This document shows positions 9,961 to 20,338 of a stretch of DNA of 64,000 nt, piece after piece (the first letter of the stretch is position 1; every line of letters starts with the position of its first letter). The notes beneath the pieces were generated by a model. That model worked only from the letters and a program-made list of their open reading frames with translations, was not told the origin of the DNA and ran no database searches. The DNA comes from Candidatus Parcubacteria bacterium (GTDB taxonomy: Bacteria; Patescibacteriota; Minisyncoccia; UBA6257; HR35). A program made the position numbers and the translations under genes. The stretch lies in contig BPJG01000001.1 of NCBI GenBank assembly GCA_026004495.1, positions 144,582 through 208,581 on the forward strand, read 5' to 3'.

Positions 9961-12513
9961 ATGGAAAAATTAATTGAGTTTTCTCAGAAAAGTGAAACTG
10001 AAATTTTAACCGAATTAAAAACTTCTCAAGAAGGATTAAATGAAAAAGAAGCTGAAAAAAGATTAAGAAAATTCGGTTTAAATAAAATTTCTTCTTTTAA
10101 GATTGATCTTTTAGAAATTATTAAAAGAAATTGTCTAAATTTTTTAAATATTTTTCTTTTTATTGCTGGTTTACTTTCCTTTTTAATTAAGGGTCCTGAA
10201 GTTGAAACCAATTTAATTTTTTTCTTTTTAATTCTTTCAATTTTAATTGCTATTTTTCAAGATTATCGAGTTAATAAATTAAGTGAAAAACTTTTGTCTT
10301 ATTTTAAGAATTATGCTTGGGTTAAAAGAGACGGTAAATGGCAGGAAATTGAAGCTGAATATTTAGTTCCTGGTGATTATGTTAAAGTTCAAGCTGGTTA
10401 TTTAATTCCAGCTGATATAAGAATTTTAAAAACAGAAGATGCTTTAGTTGATGAATCAATAATTACTGGTGAAAGTGAGCCAATATATAAAAACGCGGAA
10501 CTATCAGAACTTATACAGAACTTACAGAAAAATTCAGCTAGTTCAGCGTCAGTTCTGCGTAGTTCTGTTATTCCAGAAAATATTTCTCTTTTGGGTACAA
10601 CATTAATAAAAGGAGAAATTGAAGGAATTGTTTTGGTTACCGGTAAAGAAAGTTATTTTGGTTCAATTGCTAAAAAAACAATTGAAATAAGTAAAGAAAC
10701 TGCCTATGAAAAAATGATGGATCAATTCGCTAAAAATATTTCTTTCCTTGCTATTTTAATTGCTTTAATAATAATTTCTATTAATCTTTTAAAGCCAGGT
10801 TATCCAAATTTTCAAGAATTAATAATTTTTTCAATTGTTTTAGCTGTTGCCATTGTACCAGAATTTTTGCCAACAATGACTGTTTTAGCTTTAAGTTTGG
10901 CTGGAAATAGATTAGCTAAAAAAGGGTTAGTTATTAAAAGACTTTCATCAATCGAAGACTTAGGAGCAATTCAAATTTTATGTACTGATAAAACAGGGAC
11001 AATTACAACGAATGAATTAAGGTTAGAAAGAATTATAACACAAACTGGAAACGAACAACAAACAGACAAAGCTGAGATAATCAATATGAATACTATGACC
11101 GAACATTCCGCATTAAGTCCAGATAAGTCCATGTTTATAAAATATTTTTTAGCAGACTATTATTTCACTCAAGAAGCTACTCCTTATGACAAAGCAATTT
11201 TAGAAAAAATAAAAGAAATGTCTGATTACTCAAATTGGGAATTAATTGAAGATACCGATTTTGATCCAATCAAAAGAATAAGAAAAATTATTGTTAAAGT
11301 AAATGATGGAATTATCGAAATTGTTAAAGGTTCACCTGAAGAAATTGCTAAAATAACTCAAGATGATAATTGTTTAGAGATTTTTAAACGAGAAGATAAA
11401 AATGGTTTAAGAACATTAGCTTTAGCTGTAAATAATAAATTTTTAGGCATTGCTTCTTTTGTTGATCCTTTGAAAGAAAGCGCTTTTTCAGCTATTAATT
11501 TAGCTAAAAGATTAAATTTAGAAATAAAGATTTTAACAGGTGATTCATTAAATGTTGCCCGAGCTGTTGGTTTAAAACTTGGTTTAATTGAAGAAAATGA
11601 AAGGGTTGTCTTAGGAGAAGAAATAAGAAATTTAACTGGTGAAGAATTGAAAAAAATTGTCAAAGAAACAAAGATTTTTGCTCGCGTTTTACCTGAAGAT
11701 AAACTAAAAATTATCGAGGTTTTACAAAAAGAAAAATTTGTTGGTTTTTTAGGTGAAGGAATTAACGATGCTCCAGCTTTAAAAATAGTAAATGTTGCTT
11801 TAGCTGTTGATACTGCTACTGATATTGTTAAACAAGAAGCAGATATTATTTTAAAAGAAAAAGATTTGAAAACAATTATCGATGGTATTTATCAAGGCCG
11901 AAAAGTTTTAGAAAATATTGGTAAATATATTAAGCATACAATGAGTGATAATTTTGGCAATTTAACTTCAGTTGCTATTTTAACTTCAATTTTGCCTTTC
12001 GTACCAATGACACCACTTCAAGTTTTATTAACTAATTTTTTAACTGATATTCCTTTGATTGCTTTTGCTAATGATAATGTTGAAATTAAAGAAATTAAAA
12101 AGCCGGTAAAAATGTCAAGCTATCATTTAATTTTACTTCTTTTAGGTTTAGGTATTATTGCTGGAACTATTAATATTCTTGGTTATTTAATTGTCAAAAA
12201 TCAGTCAATTGAAATTATTCAAACTTATATCTTCTTTTTAACAACAATTACTGGTTTAATTGTTTCATTTCTTATCAGAACCAAAAATTGGTTCTTTTTA
12301 TCAAAACCAAGTAAATCTTTTATAATCGCTTCAATTATAGGGCTTATTTCAACTATAGTTTTTATATTTTTGCCGTCATTCAATAAAATTTTTGGATTTT
12401 CATCTTTAAATCAAAAATTAATTTTTACTTCATTAGTTTTAATCTTAGCCTTTATTTTAGGAACTGAAATTGTCAAAAAAGTCTTTTATAAAAAATTTCC
12501 AGATGTAATTTAA
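9961..12513 (+). CDS. cation-transporting P-type ATPase (P2/P3-like)
   Basis: TGES, DKTGTIT and GDGINDAP-like (GEGINDAPAL) motifs, PEFLP in TM4, about 10 TM segments. Confidence 0.85.
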   Translation: MEKLIEFSQKSETEILTELKTSQEGLNEKEAEKRLRKFGLNKISSFKIDLLEIIKRNCLNFLNIFLFIAGLLSFLIKGPEVETNLIFFFLILSILIAIFQDYRVNKLSEKLLSYFKNYAWVKRDGKWQEIEAEYLVPGDYVKVQAGYLIPADIRILKTEDALVDESIITGESEPIYKNAELSELIQNLQKNSASSASVLRSSVIPENISLLGTTLIKGEIEGIVLVTGKESYFGSIAKKTIEISKETAYEKMMDQFAKNISFLAILIALIIISINLLKPGYPNFQELIIFSIVLAVAIVPEFLPTMTVLALSLAGNRLAKKGLVIKRLSSIEDLGAIQILCTDKTGTITTNELRLERIITQTGNEQQTDKAEIINMNTMTEHSALSPDKSMFIKYFLADYYFTQEATPYDKAILEKIKEMSDYSNWELIEDTDFDPIKRIRKIIVKVNDGIIEIVKGSPEEIAKITQDDNCLEIFKREDKNGLRTLALAVNNKFLGIASFVDPLKESAFSAINLAKRLNLEIKILTGDSLNVARAVGLKLGLIEENERVVLGEEIRNLTGEELKKIVKETKIFARVLPEDKLKIIEVLQKEKFVGFLGEGINDAPALKIVNVALAVDTATDIVKQEADIILKEKDLKTIIDGIYQGRKVLENIGKYIKHTMSDNFGNLTSVAILTSILPFVPMTPLQVLLTNFLTDIPLIAFANDNVEIKEIKKPVKMSSYHLILLLLGLGIIAGTINILGYLIVKNQSIEIIQTYIFFLTTITGLIVSFLIRTKNWFFLSKPSKSFIIASIIGLISTIVFIFLPSFNKIFGFSSLNQKLIFTSLVLILAFILGTEIVKKVFYKKFPDVI

Positions 12514-12664
12514 AAACTAATGAATTTATTTGTTGCGAAGTAAAAAATATTTCTTTTTAAATCTTAAATATTAAATATAACTACTTAAAACACTACAGGA
12601 TCTTAAATGATAGTGTTATTAAAAAAAATTTATATATCAGATAAAAATTGATCAATTTATTAAT

Positions 12665-13849
12665 TTAATTATTTTCTTGATCAATATTGTTTTTTTCTTT
12701 TATATCTTTTGTTTTTAAAGTAAAAATAAAAAGTACAACTAAAACAACAACAGCAAAACCAATACCAAACCAAGGCAACCAAGAATATCGTTCGGTTATT
12801 CTATTTTCTTCTTTATCACAAATATCCCCAACACCATCATCATCTGTATCTATCTGATCTTGATTAGGATTATTAGGGCAATTATCTTGAGAATTTATTA
12901 CGCCATCTTTGTCCCAATCATCACAAGCATCTCCTAAGCCATTATTGTCAATATCTTTTTGATCTGAATTATAAACAGAAATACAATTATCATGAACATC
13001 TATTATGCCGTCGTTATCCATATCTGAAGGACGATAAGAAGAATTATTTAAGGATTTTATATTAGGAAGTATTATCAACCCTTCTGTTAATTCTAGATTG
13101 CTCGCTTCTCCAACCAAAACATTAACTGATCTATCAGGATTAAAATATATACGATAAGAGTGTTTTGGCTGGGCTAAAAATCTAATAGCATTACTTGTTA
13201 TTTTGGTAGCATTATCTTGATTTAAGCGTATTTCACTAATACGTAATGGCTGATTATAAAAAAATGTAATTTGCCATTTATCTGATTTAGTTTGTGGAAA
13301 ATAAATAGTAGTTTGAGCCATTGTTTGTTTTGCAACAATAATTTTATCTTGGCCATTAACAAAGGCACGAATTTCTATTGATGTTGGCAAGGCAACATTT
13401 TGATCAAGAACTAAATTTAACTCAGATGAAGTAATTGGAGTTTCGCTTTCTAAATTAATTTGAGCCTGACCCTGATAATTATCTGGAAGTAAAAATTCTG
13501 TATAAGTAGTTGTATCTTTATCTATCATTTTATTTGCTTCTTCATTAAATGGGATTGTGTTTATTGAAATAGGTATCTCATTAACAAATGTTTCTTGCTT
13601 AAAATAATAGGGTTCAAAAGAATTTGTCGTTTCATCAAAAACAGCAAAGTCAAATCGTTCGATAAATTCATTATCGAATGGAACTTCAACAACTGTTGGT
13701 ACCTTTAATTGAATATTTTTTATTTCTTTATAAGAACGAAAAGCGCTAATTATTGATAAAATCTTATCTTGTTGTAAATTTTGACCACTAACAGATTTAA
13801 AATAACAAAAAACAATCAGGATAAATAAAATAAAAAATTTTGATCTCAT
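12665..13849 (-). CDS. secreted protein with thrombospondin type-3-like Ca-binding repeats and C-terminal TM anchor
   Basis: Signal peptide. D-rich repeats (DNDGIIDVHDNC, DIDNNGLGDACDDWDKDGVINSQDNCPNNPNQDQIDTDDDGVGDICD). C-terminal hydrophobic helix. Confidence 0.55.
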   Translation of the reverse strand: MRSKFFILFILIVFCYFKSVSGQNLQQDKILSIISAFRSYKEIKNIQLKVPTVVEVPFDNEFIERFDFAVFDETTNSFEPYYFKQETFVNEIPISINTIPFNEEANKMIDKDTTTYTEFLLPDNYQGQAQINLESETPITSSELNLVLDQNVALPTSIEIRAFVNGQDKIIVAKQTMAQTTIYFPQTKSDKWQITFFYNQPLRISEIRLNQDNATKITSNAIRFLAQPKHSYRIYFNPDRSVNVLVGEASNLELTEGLIILPNIKSLNNSSYRPSDMDNDGIIDVHDNCISVYNSDQKDIDNNGLGDACDDWDKDGVINSQDNCPNNPNQDQIDTDDDGVGDICDKEENRITERYSWLPWFGIGFAVVVLVVLFIFTLKTKDIKEKNNIDQENN

Positions 13850-13869
13850 TTTAAATATTTTAATTTATC

Positions 13870-15640
13870 TTACCTTCGGCTTTTAATAAAAAATACAGTG
13901 CTCATAAGTAAAATGCCCACAGAAAAAAACACAACAATTCTCCATTCTAACTGCATTTTCCATACTTCAACAAGAAGCAATCTAAGAACAACAGCCCCAA
14001 TTAAAGATCCTCCATAAATATATAACCCTCTTGTTTGACTTGATGTTCCATATAAATAAGCCGTAAGGCCAATTATTGTATAAATGACCAGAGCAATACC
14101 CGTAGCAATATTATCATTGTTTATTCCGGCATGTAATGAAAGCCATAAAAGTATGTATAAATATATCGAACCGATAATCAATAGTAATACATTAATTTGT
14201 TTTGACAACTTATCTCCGCTTTCCTTAATATATCTCGAAAAAAATCTACCAAGGCCAACAGAGCTAATCCTAAAATAAGTAAAACGAAAAAATCTTTATG
14301 TATCACCCCTAATGACCATGAATAAGAATCAATACTTTTAAAAGATAAAAGAACTGGCGCAATTAAAAGTAAACTCAATCTTTGAGCAACATTGATATCC
14401 CTTAAAACTAAATAAGTTATAAGAGGAATAAGAGCACTTTCAATTGTATAGGCAATTATAAGTGTTGCCCCTTGGAGCTCTGTAGCAGTCGCTGCTGCTA
14501 ATAACATAACAGCAACTCCGGCATAAACATAAAATGGCTCTCTTTTTTTGGTAAGCCTAAATAATAAAAATGCACCAACTGCAAATATAATTGCCCAAAG
14601 AGATATTATTAAGCTTTGCCATTCTTTTAAAGCAGCAGTTATAATCCAAATAAGCAAAAATAAGCCATTACCTCCCGCCGTAAAAAGATCATAAATAATT
14701 TCATCTTCTTCTGAAACTTTGTCTTTTAATTTATAAATATTTGCTGTATTAGCCAAAAAAACAAACTAGAAAAAGCATAGGCAAATAAAAGTAGCGTTTT
14801 AATGTCGGTTAAATGTGGATTAAAAAAATGTGATAAACTATATGCAGAAACAATAATAAGGGCAATAAAGGTAAGCTCTCTATAGCCAGTTAAAATAACT
14901 ATCCATATAGCTCCAAGGGTAATAATAAATAAATAAGAAAAAAGTCTTATATAATTAGGGTTAATCTGTGGCGAATTAGTTAAGAGTGGAACAATACTGG
15001 CTAATAATAAGCTTAAAATGGCAAGCGGGCGAATTTTATACTTAACGCTTACAAAGGCAACAAATGAATTGGTTAAAAACATTACAATAAGCGAAGACAA
15101 AGGAGTAAAAAAATCATAGATGAATCTCGCAGCAAAAATTGTTAATAAAATTATTGTTGAGCCAAGAACCAGAAAAATACTGCCTTGGGTTAGGTAGTTT
15201 TGCATTCTAAACCAACCAAATAATAAAAACAATGTTCCAACGATAAGACCAAGGGTAATCCGTCCAATTGGACCAATCCAATTATGCAAAAATGCATAAG
15301 TAACAAACCACCCAAATCCAATCAACAAAAGAAGTGCTCCAAGTTTAAGTAACCAATTCTCTTTTAACCAATTAGTAAATCTATAAGATAAAGATGTTTC
15401 TGGTGGAGTAATAACGCCTATAGACGTTTGTTCAGCATCTATTTGTGTTTTAAAAGTTTCTTGACTTTCAATTTGTGATTGAAAAGAAGGCTGTTCTGTA
15501 GTTGTCTTTCTTTTTAGTAAAAAATTGTTAACAGTCTTCTCTAAATTTTGTATTCGATGATTTAATTTATTTAAGTTATTTAAAATAATTACTACTATTA
15601 TTATTAAAATAAAAATAATAATATCTATTAAATTAAACAT
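13870..15640 (-). pseudogene. DUF2339-like polytopic membrane protein split into three overlapping ORFs (14726..15640, 14178..14756, 13870..14208)
   Basis: Three same-strand ORFs, each overlapping the next by 31 nt. Together they have the N-terminal coiled-coil plus many-TM architecture and the C-terminal segment typical of DUF2339. A homopolymer (A7) sits at the 14754-14760 junction. Confidence 0.45.
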
Positions 15641-15750
15641 TTTTTTATAATAATCTATTATAAAAATAATAACACAAATTAGGATAAATTTTCAAATAGT
15701 TTTCCACAGGGTCAAACATAAAAATTAAATTAAAATTTGTATAAAAATTT

Positions 15751-16671
15751 TTATTCAATTTCTTCGACTACTATTTCATCTCCTAAAATATAGGCAATTA
15801 TAGCTTTGTTATCTTTATTGATGGTAAAATCAACTTCATCATAAGGCCCATATATTTTATCATTTATTTGAACATAGTATTTATCATCTTTTGTATAAGA
15901 CCATCCATATTTTGAGCTATCAGGAAAAAATATTTCACAATAAAAAATATCACAAGGATGGACATTATCATAAGGCCCATATATTTTATCATTTAGTTGA
16001 ACATACCATTTATCATCTTTTTTATACCTCAATCCATATTTTGAACTATCAGGAAAGAATATTTCACAATAAAAAATATCACAAGGATGGACATTATCAT
16101 AAGGCCCATATATTTTATCATTTAGTTGAAGATAGTATTTATTATCTTTTTCATAAGGTACATATACATATTTACCAGTTTCTTTTTCTAAGCCCACTCC
16201 TGTAATAGACTCTCTATCTAACAATAATTTATATTTTCTTACCCTTCCTTCTTCTTTCTTAGTTTCTTCTTTCTTAGTTTCCAATTTTATATCTTTACCT
16301 TTTATAGGAAATACTTTATTATCTTTTTTCCTTTTAAATGTTAATAATCTAAGTGTATCCTTATTTATTAATCTTCCTCTAAATTCTCCTGTATTATTAT
16401 TATTTTCATCATATTCTTTAAGGATAACAGTTTTAGTCTTAAGATTAATCTCTCCTTCTAATTTTAACCATTTTCCTACTTTATCATATTTATATCTTCA
16501 TTCTATTTTATTACTATTATCTTTTTGAGATAATTCAAGAGTAATAGGATAATTAGATATTTTTAGATTATAAGTATTAGTAATTTTATTAGTAGTTATT
16601 GTTTGAGCATTAGAAAATAAGGGAGAAAGAATAAGAGAGATAAGGATTAAAGAGATTATTAGTTTTTTCAT
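15751..16671 (-). pseudogene. lipoprotein/secreted repeat protein interrupted by in-frame TGA (signal-peptide part 16501..16671; repeat part 15751..16497)
   Basis: ATG at 16671 encodes MKKLIISLILISLILSPLFSNAQT... and stops at TGA 16500..16498. The same frame continues without any start codon into the listed ORF 15751..16284. That ORF contains three tandem ~39-aa repeats (DKxYVQLNDKIYGPYDNVHPCDIFYCEIFFPDSSKYG). Confidence 0.45.
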
Positions 16672-16783
16672 TATTATTTATTGTTTTTTTAAGTTTTTGA
16701 CTATTTATATTATTAATCTTTATTTTCAATTATTATAATCTTATTTTTAAAAAATATTAAAAGATTAAAATTGTGAAAAATTT

Positions 16784-18220
16784 TTAACCCTTAATAACTC
16801 CAATTGGTATTAATTTTACTACTTTTTTAGCAAGACCAATATTATGGACAACATCAACAACCTCAGAGACATCTTTATAAGCAATTGGCGCTTCTTCGGC
16901 TAAGCCTGACATACTGCCTGCAGCAATTGAAATTCCTCTTTCTTCTAATTCTTTTTTTAATTCACCTCCTCTTATTTTTCTTTTTGCTTCTGCTCTTGAC
17001 ATCATCCTACCTGCTCCATGAGGTGCCGAACCAAAAGAAATTTCTTTGGCTAACTTTTGTCCAATTAAGACATAACTTGATGTTCCCATTGATCCTGGAA
17101 TTAATGTTGGTTGACCAATTTGATGATATTTTTCAGGAAGCTCAGGATGACCTTGCCAAAAAGCCCTTGTTGCTCCTTTACGATGAACTAATAATTTTTT
17201 ATTATCGTATTCTTCAATTTTTACTATATTGTGAGCAACATCATAAACTTGTTTTAATTCAATTTCTTTAACAAAAACTTTTTTAAATGCTCTTCTCACT
17301 TCATAAGTAATAAGTTGTCTATTGGCAAAAGCAAAATTAGCAGATGCCTTCATTGCCGATAAGTAAGCTTGACCAAGTTCATGGCTATAAGGAAAATAAG
17401 CCAATTCTCTATCAACTAAATCAATTCCTTGTTTATCTAAATATCTTAAAGCTTCGCGAATATAGTCAGTTGCCACTTGATGACCTAAACCTCTTGAACC
17501 ACAATGAATTAAAATACAAACTTTATTTTTTTCTAAGCCTAATTTTTTAGCAATTTCTTCATCGAAAATTTCAGCTACTCTTTGAATTTCAACAAAATGA
17601 TTACCAGCACCAATTGTTCCTAATTGATCTCTGCCACGATCTTTAGCTGTTTTTGAAACTTTGTCTGCCTCAGCGCCTTCAATTTTTCCATAACTTTCAG
17701 TTGCCTCTAAATCTTCTTTATCAGCATAACCAATTTCATCAAGCCATTTTGCTCCTTCTTCTAAAACTTTTTTCATCTCATCATTATTCAACTTCCAAAA
17801 ACCACCTCTACCAACACCCGAAGGAACTTCTTTAAAAATTTGTTCTGTTAATTTTGGTATTTTCTCTTTAATCTCTTCATAATAAAAAGGAGAAACTAAA
17901 AGTCTGACCCCACAGTTAATATCATATCCACAAATTCCAGGAGAAATAATTCCTTCATTTATATCAAAAGCAGCAACCCCGCCCACCGGTGAACCGTAGC
18001 CCTCATGGATATCAGGCATTGCTAAAGAATATTTAAAAACACCAGGTAAAGTTGCCATATTAACCAATTGCCATAAGCTTTTATCTGTTAAAATATCATC
18101 TAACATTTTTTCCGAAGCAAAAATTCTGGCTGGCGCTTTCATATCTTGACGAAAACTCTGAGGAATTTCCCAAATATAATCTGAAACTTTAATTAAATCT
18201 TTTTTCTCCGGCTTTTTCAT
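16784..18220 (-). CDS. rtcB: RNA-splicing ligase RtcB
   Basis: Strong full-length RtcB pattern: the GMP-histidine loop SAPHGAGR, plus the metal-binding segments NMATLPGVF...DIHEGYGSPVGGVAAF and GYDINCGVR. Confidence 0.9.
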   Translation of the reverse strand: MKKPEKKDLIKVSDYIWEIPQSFRQDMKAPARIFASEKMLDDILTDKSLWQLVNMATLPGVFKYSLAMPDIHEGYGSPVGGVAAFDINEGIISPGICGYDINCGVRLLVSPFYYEEIKEKIPKLTEQIFKEVPSGVGRGGFWKLNNDEMKKVLEEGAKWLDEIGYADKEDLEATESYGKIEGAEADKVSKTAKDRGRDQLGTIGAGNHFVEIQRVAEIFDEEIAKKLGLEKNKVCILIHCGSRGLGHQVATDYIREALRYLDKQGIDLVDRELAYFPYSHELGQAYLSAMKASANFAFANRQLITYEVRRAFKKVFVKEIELKQVYDVAHNIVKIEEYDNKKLLVHRKGATRAFWQGHPELPEKYHQIGQPTLIPGSMGTSSYVLIGQKLAKEISFGSAPHGAGRMMSRAEAKRKIRGGELKKELEERGISIAAGSMSGLAEEAPIAYKDVSEVVDVVHNIGLAKKVVKLIPIGVIKG

Positions 18221-18423
18221 AATTTTAAAGACTTAATAAAGACTTAATTTGGATATTATATATTAAAATTAAAAATATATTAATTAATCTAATTTAATTA
18301 TTTTAAATAATTTAAATAAATTCATAAATTAAAAAATCTAAATATAAGTTTAAATATATTTTTAAGATAGACAATAATCTTATTTAAAATTAAAATTAAA
18401 ATAAAATACTTATTTATAAAACA

Positions 18424-18846
18424 ATGAAAAAAGAAACCTCAGCAGGCATAATTGTTTTTTACCAAAACAATAAAAAAAAGATAAGAGAGTATTTGCTTCT
18501 AAAATATTTAGGTGGACACTGGGATTTTCCCAAGGGACATATAGAAATTTATGAAACTCCAGAACAAACAGCAATAAGAGAATTAAAAGAAGAAACGGGT
18601 TTAGATGTTAAATTAATAAAAGGATTTAAAAAGGTAATTAATTATCATTTTAGAAATAAAGGTGAATTTATTATCAAAGATGTAATTTATTTTTTAGGAA
18701 GAAGTTATTCACAAAAAGTTATACTTTCAGAAGAACATAAGGGTTATACATGGGCTAATTATCAAGAAGCTTTAAATTTAATAACTTATAATAAAAAATT
18801 ATTAATTGAGGCTGAGAAGTTTCTAAGATTGAAAAATAGAAAATAA
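18424..18846 (+). CDS. NUDIX hydrolase
   Basis: Nudix box GHWDFPKGHIEIYETPEQTAIRELKEETGL. Confidence 0.75.
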   Translation: MKKETSAGIIVFYQNNKKKIREYLLLKYLGGHWDFPKGHIEIYETPEQTAIRELKEETGLDVKLIKGFKKVINYHFRNKGEFIIKDVIYFLGRSYSQKVILSEEHKGYTWANYQEALNLITYNKKLLIEAEKFLRLKNRK

Positions 18847-18847
18847 A

Positions 18848-20098
18848 ATGGACAAAAAATTATGGCAAATAATTAAAAAAGAAATTCAAAGACAAGAAGA
18901 AACTTTGGAGCTTATTCCTTCAGAAAATTTTGTTGATTTAGAAACTTTATTTATTGTTGGTTCACCTTTAATCAATAAATATGCTGAAGGTTATCCTGGT
19001 AAAAGATATTATCCTGGTAATAAATTTATTGATGAAATTGAAAATTTGGCTAAAGAAAGAGCTTTAAAGGCTTTTAGGTTAAATCAGGATGATTGGGCAG
19101 TCAATGTCCAGTCTTATTCAGGTTCACCAGCCAATTTAGCTGTTTATTTAGCTTTAGCTGAACCAGGAGAGACAATAATGGGATTAAATTTGTTTCATGG
19201 TGGTCATTTAACTCATGGCCATAAAGTAAGTTATACAGGCAAATTGTTTAAATCGGTTCAATATGGAATTAATCCACAAACTGAAACAATTGATTATGGC
19301 GAATTAGAAAAATTAGCTTTAGAATATAAACCAAAAATAGTTATTTCAGGAACAACTGCTTATCCAAGAATAATTGATTTTAAGGTAATTTATCAAATTG
19401 CTAAAAAAGTTAATGCCTATCATATTGCTGACATTTCTCATATTGCTGGGCTTGTTAATGCTGACCTTCATCCTTCACCTTTTTATTTTGCTGATGTTGT
19501 TACAATGACAACCCATAAAACCTTAAAAGGACCAAGAGGAGCAGTTATTTTTATGAGAAAAGAATTAGAAGAAAAAATTAATAAATCAATCTTTCCTGGA
19601 CTCCAAGGAGGACCACATATGCAAACAATCGCTGGAATTGCTTATGCTTTCGGCCGAGCTTTAAAAAAAGACTTTTACAATTATCAAAAACAAATAATCA
19701 AAAATACAAAAACTTTAGCTGAAGAACTTAAAAAAATAGGTTTTAAATTATATACTAATGGAACTGACAATCATTTAATGATTATTGATCTAAAACCATT
19801 AAATTTAGATGGAAAAACGGCTGAAAATTTACTTGAAAGAGCAAATATTATTGCTAATCGCAATTCTTTACCTTCAGATACTTCCCCATTCAATCCAACT
19901 GGTATTAGAGTAGGCACACCAGCAGTTACTAGCCGAGGAATGAAAGAAAAAGAAATGAAACTGATGGCTGAATTTTTTGAAAGAATCTTAATTAGAAAAG
20001 AAAAACCAGAAAAAATTAAAAAAGAAGTTATTAAATTAACAAAAAAATTTCCTCTAAATTACATTAAATGGATAAAAAATATTCAAAGAATATTATAA
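18848..20098 (+). CDS. glyA: serine hydroxymethyltransferase
   Basis: SHMT motifs (LIPSENF, YAEGYPGKRYY, PLP-lysine region TTHKTLKGPRG). Confidence 0.9.
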   Translation: MDKKLWQIIKKEIQRQEETLELIPSENFVDLETLFIVGSPLINKYAEGYPGKRYYPGNKFIDEIENLAKERALKAFRLNQDDWAVNVQSYSGSPANLAVYLALAEPGETIMGLNLFHGGHLTHGHKVSYTGKLFKSVQYGINPQTETIDYGELEKLALEYKPKIVISGTTAYPRIIDFKVIYQIAKKVNAYHIADISHIAGLVNADLHPSPFYFADVVTMTTHKTLKGPRGAVIFMRKELEEKINKSIFPGLQGGPHMQTIAGIAYAFGRALKKDFYNYQKQIIKNTKTLAEELKKIGFKLYTNGTDNHLMIIDLKPLNLDGKTAENLLERANIIANRNSLPSDTSPFNPTGIRVGTPAVTSRGMKEKEMKLMAEFFERILIRKEKPEKIKKEVIKLTKKFPLNYIKWIKNIQRIL

Positions 20099-20338
20099 AA
20101 AAATAATTTTAAATTTTTTATCTTAATTAATTTTAATTATTGTATCTTATATAAAGGTTGGGGAAGTTTTACTTCATCAAAAATTGAGCTCTTTGGTTTA
20201 ATAAAAAAAATATAAAAAGTTATAGTTATTATAATAATAAATATTATTTTTAATAAAAAGGCTTTCATTTTAAATAAATTTATAAAATTTAATTTAATTA
20301 ATATTTATTTATTAAAATTTTAATCTTATAATTTTAAA

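Noticed and set aside
12514-12664. Imperfect dyad (CACTAC…GATAGTG) between the convergent ATPase and TSP3-repeat genes as a bidirectional terminator
   Set aside because: The stem is imperfect and AT-rich, and there is no flanking T-tract. Too weak to call.
15891-16205. ORF 15891..16205 (H/Y/K-rich, plus strand)
   Set aside because: Antisense to the tandem-repeat protein gene. Its repetitiveness just mirrors the 117-bp DNA repeats.
15751-16671. Alternative genetic code (TGA read as Gly or Trp, as in Gracilibacteria or SR1)
   Set aside because: prfB uses TGA as the frameshift stop. All long ORFs are intact under the standard code, and Trp is encoded by TGG. The single in-frame TGA here is better explained as a mutation or error.
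16885-17835. ORFs 16885..17271, 17344..17550, 17653..17835 (plus strand)
   Set aside because: Antisense to the well-supported rtcB gene. Low-complexity L/F-rich translations.
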